From an uncultured archaeon (GTDB lineage: Archaea; Thermoproteota; Nitrososphaeria; Nitrososphaerales; Gagatemarchaeaceae), in assembly GCA_963799775.1 (NCBI GenBank), contig CAWCYD010000003.1:1984001-2048000 (forward strand): a stretch of 64,000 bases of DNA, given 5' to 3'. The translations under genes and the position numbers were made by a program. Below are positions 59,223-64,000 of the stretch, piece by piece. Each line of letters begins with the position of its first letter. Position 1 is the stretch's first letter. The notes beneath the pieces are model-generated. The model saw nothing but the letters and a program-made list of their open reading frames with translations. It searched no databases and was not told the DNA's origin.

Positions 59223-60214
59223 AGAAGATTATCGAGGCGGAGAACCTCACCAAGGTCTACAAGGGCAAGGTCAAAGCCGTCGACGACATCACCTTCTCGG
59301 TGGACAAAGGCGAGATCTTCGGCTTCCTAGGGCCCAACGGGGCGGGCAAGTCCACCACCATAAAGATGCTCAACACGATAGCCTCGATCACCTCCGGGAA
59401 GGCGGTCGTCGCGGGGAACGACGTGAGCAAGCATCCGGCAGCGGTCCGCGACGTCATAGGCGTCGTCCCGCAGGAGCTCACGGCCGACGACGAGCTCAAG
59501 GGGATTGAGAACATCCTGCTCTCTGCGCGCCTCCACCACGTCCGGGGGGAGGAGGCCAAGAAGCGGGCCCATGAGCTCCTCAAACTAGTGGACCTCGAGG
59601 AGTCCGCAGACAGGCGGGTCAAGACTTACTCCGGAGGCATGCGCAGGAGGCTCCAACTGGCCATCGGCCTCGTCCACAGCCCGAAGGTCATTTTTCTCGA
59701 CGAGCCCACCCTGGGCCTGGACGTCCAGACCAGGACGAATATGTGGGAATACATGGGCAAGCTCAACAAGGAGCAGGGGCTCACGATCTTCATGACGACC
59801 CACTACCTCGAGGAGGCTGACGGGCTCTGCGACAGGATAGCGATCATCGACCATGGCGTGATCAAGGCCTCCGGCACCCCGGCGCAGCTCAAGGAGAGGG
59901 TCGGCGGAGACGTCCTCACCATCGAGCTCGCCTCAGGCCCCGACATCACGGAGTTCCTGCGGAGCCTGCCCGATGTCTCCGACGTGACGAAGAAGGACCA
60001 GGCCTACCGCATCAAGCTCCCCAGGACCGAGAAGGCCCTCCCGGCGATAGTGGACGGGATAGCGAAGAAGGGACTTGAGATCAAGGAGATTGCCTTCACA
60101 AAGCCGACCCTCGACCAGGTCTTCCTGGAGATAACGGGCAAGTCCATGCGCGACGAGAGCGCAGGAGAGAGCGAGTCGTGGGTCCAGAACGTGATGTCGG
60201 AGAGGATGAAGTAG
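59216..60214 (+). CDS. DrrA-like ABC exporter ATPase
   Basis: GPNGAGKST, YSGGMRRRL, FLDEPTLGLD, TTHYLEEAD. Confidence 0.95.
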   Translation: MVEKIIEAENLTKVYKGKVKAVDDITFSVDKGEIFGFLGPNGAGKSTTIKMLNTIASITSGKAVVAGNDVSKHPAAVRDVIGVVPQELTADDELKGIENILLSARLHHVRGEEAKKRAHELLKLVDLEESADRRVKTYSGGMRRRLQLAIGLVHSPKVIFLDEPTLGLDVQTRTNMWEYMGKLNKEQGLTIFMTTHYLEEADGLCDRIAIIDHGVIKASGTPAQLKERVGGDVLTIELASGPDITEFLRSLPDVSDVTKKDQAYRIKLPRTEKALPAIVDGIAKKGLEIKEIAFTKPTLDQVFLEITGKSMRDESAGESESWVQNVMSERMK

Positions 60215-60217
60215 GAC

Positions 60218-61012
60218 ATGCTCGACGAAACGCTGGCTCTCACAAACCGCGCGCTGAAGAAGTGGGTCAGGAACCCCTTCACCATCATTCCGGGCCTTGC
60301 CACGTCTGCGTTCTACCTGGCCCTCTTCGGGAACTCCGTTGGTGGGGACATAAACCCCGCAGTTCTAGGCGCGCCTACCTACATCACCTACCTCACCGCC
60401 GGGGTGATCTGCCTCATCACGGTCTTCAACATGTCATTCGGCGGGATCGACATCGTACTCGACAGGCAGCTCGGCTACTTCAACACCCTCCTCACCGCGC
60501 CGATACCCAGGGCGGCGATCTACTTCTCCGGCGTCCTGCAGAACCTAGCCAAGGCGATGCTCCTCGCCGTCCTTACCTTCGTCATCGCGCTGATAATCCC
60601 CAATGGACTCGAGCTTCCTGCGAGCTTCGGGGTCATCGAGCTGCTGGGGGCCTTCGCCGCCATTACCCTACTCGGCCTCGGCCTCTCGTGCATATTCACC
60701 TCGCTCGCGCTAGCCGCGAGGAGCATCGACTCGCTCATAGCGGTCGTCAACTTCATCAACCTCCCCCTGATATTCATGAGCAGCTCGCTCTTCCCGTCCA
60801 GCTCTTTCCCCGGCTGGCTCAAGTCCATCTCCGACGTCAACCCGATCACAAAGGCTGACGAGGCAGCGAGGATCCTGATAGTCGGAGGAAATCCAGCGTC
60901 CACCGGGATGATGGGGACGTTCGTGGGCGACATGATCTACCTCGTGGCCTTCGCAGTCGCCTGCGGCGTCCTGGGATACCTCGCCGCCGCGCGGGTGATG
61001 AGGGCCGAGTAG
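60218..61012 (+). CDS. DrrB-like ABC-2 permease
   Basis: RALKKWVRNP, DRQLGYF..LLTAP, PGWLKSISDVNP. Confidence 0.92.
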   Translation: MLDETLALTNRALKKWVRNPFTIIPGLATSAFYLALFGNSVGGDINPAVLGAPTYITYLTAGVICLITVFNMSFGGIDIVLDRQLGYFNTLLTAPIPRAAIYFSGVLQNLAKAMLLAVLTFVIALIIPNGLELPASFGVIELLGAFAAITLLGLGLSCIFTSLALAARSIDSLIAVVNFINLPLIFMSSSLFPSSSFPGWLKSISDVNPITKADEAARILIVGGNPASTGMMGTFVGDMIYLVAFAVACGVLGYLAAARVMRAE

Positions 61013-61014
61013 CA

Positions 61015-62263
61015 ATGGCAGACGTCCACGTGGACAGGGGCAGCACGGCGAGGCTCGACCGAGTCGACGGGGAGCTTACAGCAGCGAACAACGCGCGGAT
61101 CGAGGCCGTCAACCGCAGGGTGGTCACTATAACAGGGGCAGCGCACTTCGAGGGGAGCGCAGAGATCGCATGCGACTTTGAGTGCGACTCGCTCACAATG
61201 GACAGCGGGCGGCTGACGGTGGCCGGGAGCCTCAAGGTAAGGAACGCGATGGACGTGGCCCACTCGGTGGAATCATCAGGCCCGATAGAGGCAAGGCAGA
61301 TTGACGTCGGAGGCAAGCTCTCGTCCAAGTCAATCTCCTGCGAGCGCTCGATAGTCGTGGGTGGGATAGTCACCGTCGCCGAGGGACCTGGAGGCAGACT
61401 CGCTCGAGGTGGGAGGCAAGGCAGAGGTCAAGGGACGCATCAAAGTCAGGGACATGGGGGTTGGCGGCAAGGCTGCGGTGGGAGGAGGCTCGGTCTCGGG
61501 GAAGGTGAGGGTCGGGGGAATCTTCGAGTGCTATGGCCCCTTCGAGTTCGGCGAGTTGCAGGTCTATGGAAGGTGTGACCTCCCTGCGGGCTCCAAGGGG
61601 AAGAAGATCTCGACGTTCGGGAAGCTCTCCGTCGCCGGGGACCTCGACTGCGGTGAGATGAGCGTCACGGGTCACACGGAGGTAAGCGGAGACTGCGGCG
61701 CAAGGAGCGTCCAGGTCAATGGCAGGTTCGTAGCTCGCGGCTCGCTGAACGTCAGGGAGAGGCTCGAGGCAAATGGCTCGGTGGAAGTTCTCAATGGCGT
61801 AAGAGCGGGCGAGCTTGCCGTGGGAGGGAGGCTCCGCTCCAAGTCAGCAGTCGTCACAGGCGGCGCCGACATATCAGGGGAGCTCCAGACCCGGGAGGGC
61901 CTCAAGGCGGCCTCGATCACGATCAGGGGAGGCTCGAGGTGCACAGGGCCGCTCGTCGGCGGGAGAGTCGAGCTCGGGAAGAGCGCCCTCGTCCTGGCAA
62001 ACTGGGGGAGCACGTGGGCCGGGCAGTCCATCATAATCAAGGGAGTGGGGAGGATGACCCAGGCTGAGGACATCTACGGGGATGAGGTCGACCTAGGCGA
62101 AGCGACGAAGTGCAGGAGGATATTCGCTAGGGTCGTCGAGGTAGGCAAGGGGTGCACGGCCGACGAGATCTCCTACACTGAGGAGCTTCGAGGGGTAACA
62201 AAGTCCTCCTACTTCCATATACCTCCTCGGAAGGTCTCGACCCTACCTCCCTTCCCCTTGTGA
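61015..62263 (+). CDS. Long bactofilin-like (polymer-forming cytoskeletal) beta-helix protein (frameshift near 61386)
   Basis: Many ~16-17 aa repeats such as VAGSLKVRNAMDV, GPIEARQIDVGGKL, GDLDCGEMSVTG, AEDIYGDEVDL. Confidence 0.7.
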
Positions 62264-62300
62264 TGAGAATGAGGACCGCGGCCGAGAGGAGCTGTGCCCG

Positions 62301-62612
62301 ATGCCGGGCGTGAAGAGCAAGAGGTCCAAGGTGGACCTCTACGCGACCGTCCTCGAGGTCATCCGCAGGTACCCGGAAGGTGGCCGGATCACGAGGATAT
62401 CCTACGGGGTCGGGTGCCCGGTGGACAGGCTGAAGGTGATGGTGGAGGCCCTTTCGGTCAACGGCCTCGTCCGGAAGATAGCTGTCGAGGATGACGATGG
62501 CGACGAGGCGGGCGTCTACTACTACGCCGTGACGCAGAGAGGCCTCGAGTTCCTCGACACGTACTGGAAGATGAAGGGTTTCATCGCCGCCTTCGGCGAA
62601 GACCGCCAGTAG
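62301..62612 (+). CDS. Archaeal winged-helix regulator
   Basis: KRSKVDLYATVLE..RITRISYGV...YAVTQRGLEFL. Confidence 0.85.
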   Translation: MPGVKSKRSKVDLYATVLEVIRRYPEGGRITRISYGVGCPVDRLKVMVEALSVNGLVRKIAVEDDDGDEAGVYYYAVTQRGLEFLDTYWKMKGFIAAFGEDRQ

Positions 62613-62665
62613 GTCGTTCCGCCTCAGGAAAGCCTCAATTACACAACCAATCGCCCACCATCCCG

Positions 62666-63265
62666 ATGTCCTCAACGGGCTCCGGGGCCGGCTACAGCTC
62701 GGTCTACATCTTCCTCGCGATCCTGGTGCTCCTGGTCATCCGCAGGCTCTACAGGGTCGTCCGGGGCTCCAGGGTGAGCAAGGGAAGGACGATAGCCTTC
62801 GCCCTCTACTACGTCGCCTTCGCGTGCGGCCTCATCGCCATCTCGGTCCTCTTCGGAGGCGTCTCGCCCGAGTACCTCGCGGTCTACGCAATCGTCGGCG
62901 CGGTGGGCGTCTACGCGGCCTACACCTTCTCCAACAAGCGCATCGGATTCTGGAAGGGGGGCGACGGCGCGATCTACTACAGAGGGGCCGTGATCGTCTA
63001 CGTCATCTACGTCGTGGCGCTCATAGCCAGGATCGCGCTCGACATCGTCTTCATAGGCCCGCAGGCCTTCACCTTCTCCGTCGGACCGACCGCGCCCTCG
63101 GTGAGCTCGACGGCGGTCGCCGCTGGAATAGTGACGGACGTCTTGCTGGCTCTATGCTCGGGGCTCCTCACGGGGAGAAACCTCCGCGTCTTGAAGAGAT
63201 ACAACTTGATCCTTGCGGGTAAGGAGGAGGTCGGAGACACCCCTCCAAAGATAACGCTGGTCTAG
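62666..63265 (+). CDS. Multi-pass membrane protein (CcdC/DUF1453-like)
   Basis: Five TM helices; FWKGGDGAIYYRG...YVVALIARI. Confidence 0.65.
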   Translation: MSSTGSGAGYSSVYIFLAILVLLVIRRLYRVVRGSRVSKGRTIAFALYYVAFACGLIAISVLFGGVSPEYLAVYAIVGAVGVYAAYTFSNKRIGFWKGGDGAIYYRGAVIVYVIYVVALIARIALDIVFIGPQAFTFSVGPTAPSVSSTAVAAGIVTDVLLALCSGLLTGRNLRVLKRYNLILAGKEEVGDTPPKITLV

Positions 63266-63311
63266 GCCCCTCCGAGTCTTTATAGCCTCGCGAAGGGCGT
63301 CCGATTCACCT

Positions 63312-64000
63312 ATGGCGAGCGACAAGGCCACGATCGTGACCTACCCCGACGAATTCTCAAAGGAGGAGATCAAGGAGCTCGCCGCCGCCGCAGGCTACAC
63401 GGTGGTAGGCCTCGTCACCCAGAAGAGGGTGGTAAAGTCGGAGTTCGGGATAGGCGTCGGGAAGGCGGAAGAGATGCGCGACCTCGTGAGCAAGAACGGC
63501 TCGAAGACGCTCATAATCGACGCCGAGATTACATCCTCCCAGGCGTTGAGGCTCGCAACAGTGACGCGCGTCGAGATCGTAGACCGCGACAGGCTCATCC
63601 TGAACATCTTCGCCAGGAGGGCTCAGACCACGGAAGCGAAGCTCCAGGTCCAGCTCGCCGAGCTCAAGTACGAGATGCCCCGGGCGAGGGACGCCGTACG
63701 TTTCTCCACGTCCGGTGAGCGGGCGGGCTTCATGGGAATGGGCGAGAGCATGGTCGACGTCAAGTTCAGGGCGCTGAAGCGAAGGATGGGTTTCATCAAC
63801 GAGAAGCTGGAAAGGGCGCACGCGGCTCGCAACCTCCACAGGACCGAGAGGAGGAAGCTCGGCATGCCCTTCGTCTCGCTGGCGGGATACACGAGCAGCG
63901 GGAAGACGACGCTATTCAACAAGCTGGCAGGAGAGTCGCGCGAGGAGTCACCCTCCCTATTCACAACCCTGACGACGACCATGAGGGCGGTGAGCTTCGG
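63312..64000 (+). CDS. hflX: GTPase HflX (partial, runs off window)
   Basis: Manual translation from ATG 63312: GVGKAEE, DRDRLILNIFARRA, EAKLQVQLAELKY, LAGYTSSGKTTLFN, LFTTL. Confidence 0.95.
   Translation, partial: MASDKATIVTYPDEFSKEEIKELAAAAGYTVVGLVTQKRVVKSEFGIGVGKAEEMRDLVSKNGSKTLIIDAEITSSQALRLATVTRVEIVDRDRLILNIFARRAQTTEAKLQVQLAELKYEMPRARDAVRFSTSGERAGFMGMGESMVDVKFRALKRRMGFINEKLERAHAARNLHRTERRKLGMPFVSLAGYTSSGKTTLFNKLAGESREESPSLFTTLTTTMRAVSF

Noticed and set aside
9310-61400. Programmed frameshifting or mass pseudogenisation
   Set aside because: Single indels hit essential or otherwise intact genes (priL, P-II, nurA) with no slippery heptamers or other decay; sequencing error is more parsimonious
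8420-63982. Numerous long antisense and alternate-frame ORFs rich in Arg/Gly/Pro
   Set aside because: Expected shadow ORFs in GC-rich coding DNA; each overlaps a gene with clear family motifs

Overview
GC-rich archaeal chromosome segment, inferred to be a non-ammonia-oxidising Nitrososphaerota/Thaumarchaeota-like organism (PriL with PriX-like C-terminus, thaumarchaeal-style receiver domains, archaeal TATA boxes, NurA/HerA, HflX). It contains: (i) a lower-GC ~7.3 kb island (1139-8403) delimited by degenerate ~60-bp direct repeats and built from repeated modules (duplicated wHTH + AbrB + 300-bp conserved non-coding region, two atypical receiver domains, a decayed third AbrB copy, divergent thermopsin-like secreted proteins); (ii) priL; (iii) a catabolic/transport region with PhoU-AbrB regulator, GlcD-like oxidase, BadF-type kinase, two Fe3+/thiamine-family ABC importers, P-II, a three-subunit molybdenum hydroxylase interrupted by a GidA-like flavoprotein, two solute-binding proteins without signal peptides, two DHA2 MFS paralogs and an FAH hydrolase; (iv) two solo TnpB elements, each just downstream of a TATA-like sequence; (v) a second lower-GC patch with a thermopsin-like gene and an EarA-like regulator; (vi) a stand-alone NurA-HerA pair, msrB, an FKBP, an ABC exporter operon with a long bactofilin-like gene, and partial hflX. 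About 20 single-base frameshifts are probably long-read errors, and most can be repaired by restoring GACC/GGTC, hinting at a modified DNA motif. No rRNA, tRNA or CRISPR array was recognised. All family calls come from motif recognition by eye, without database searches.
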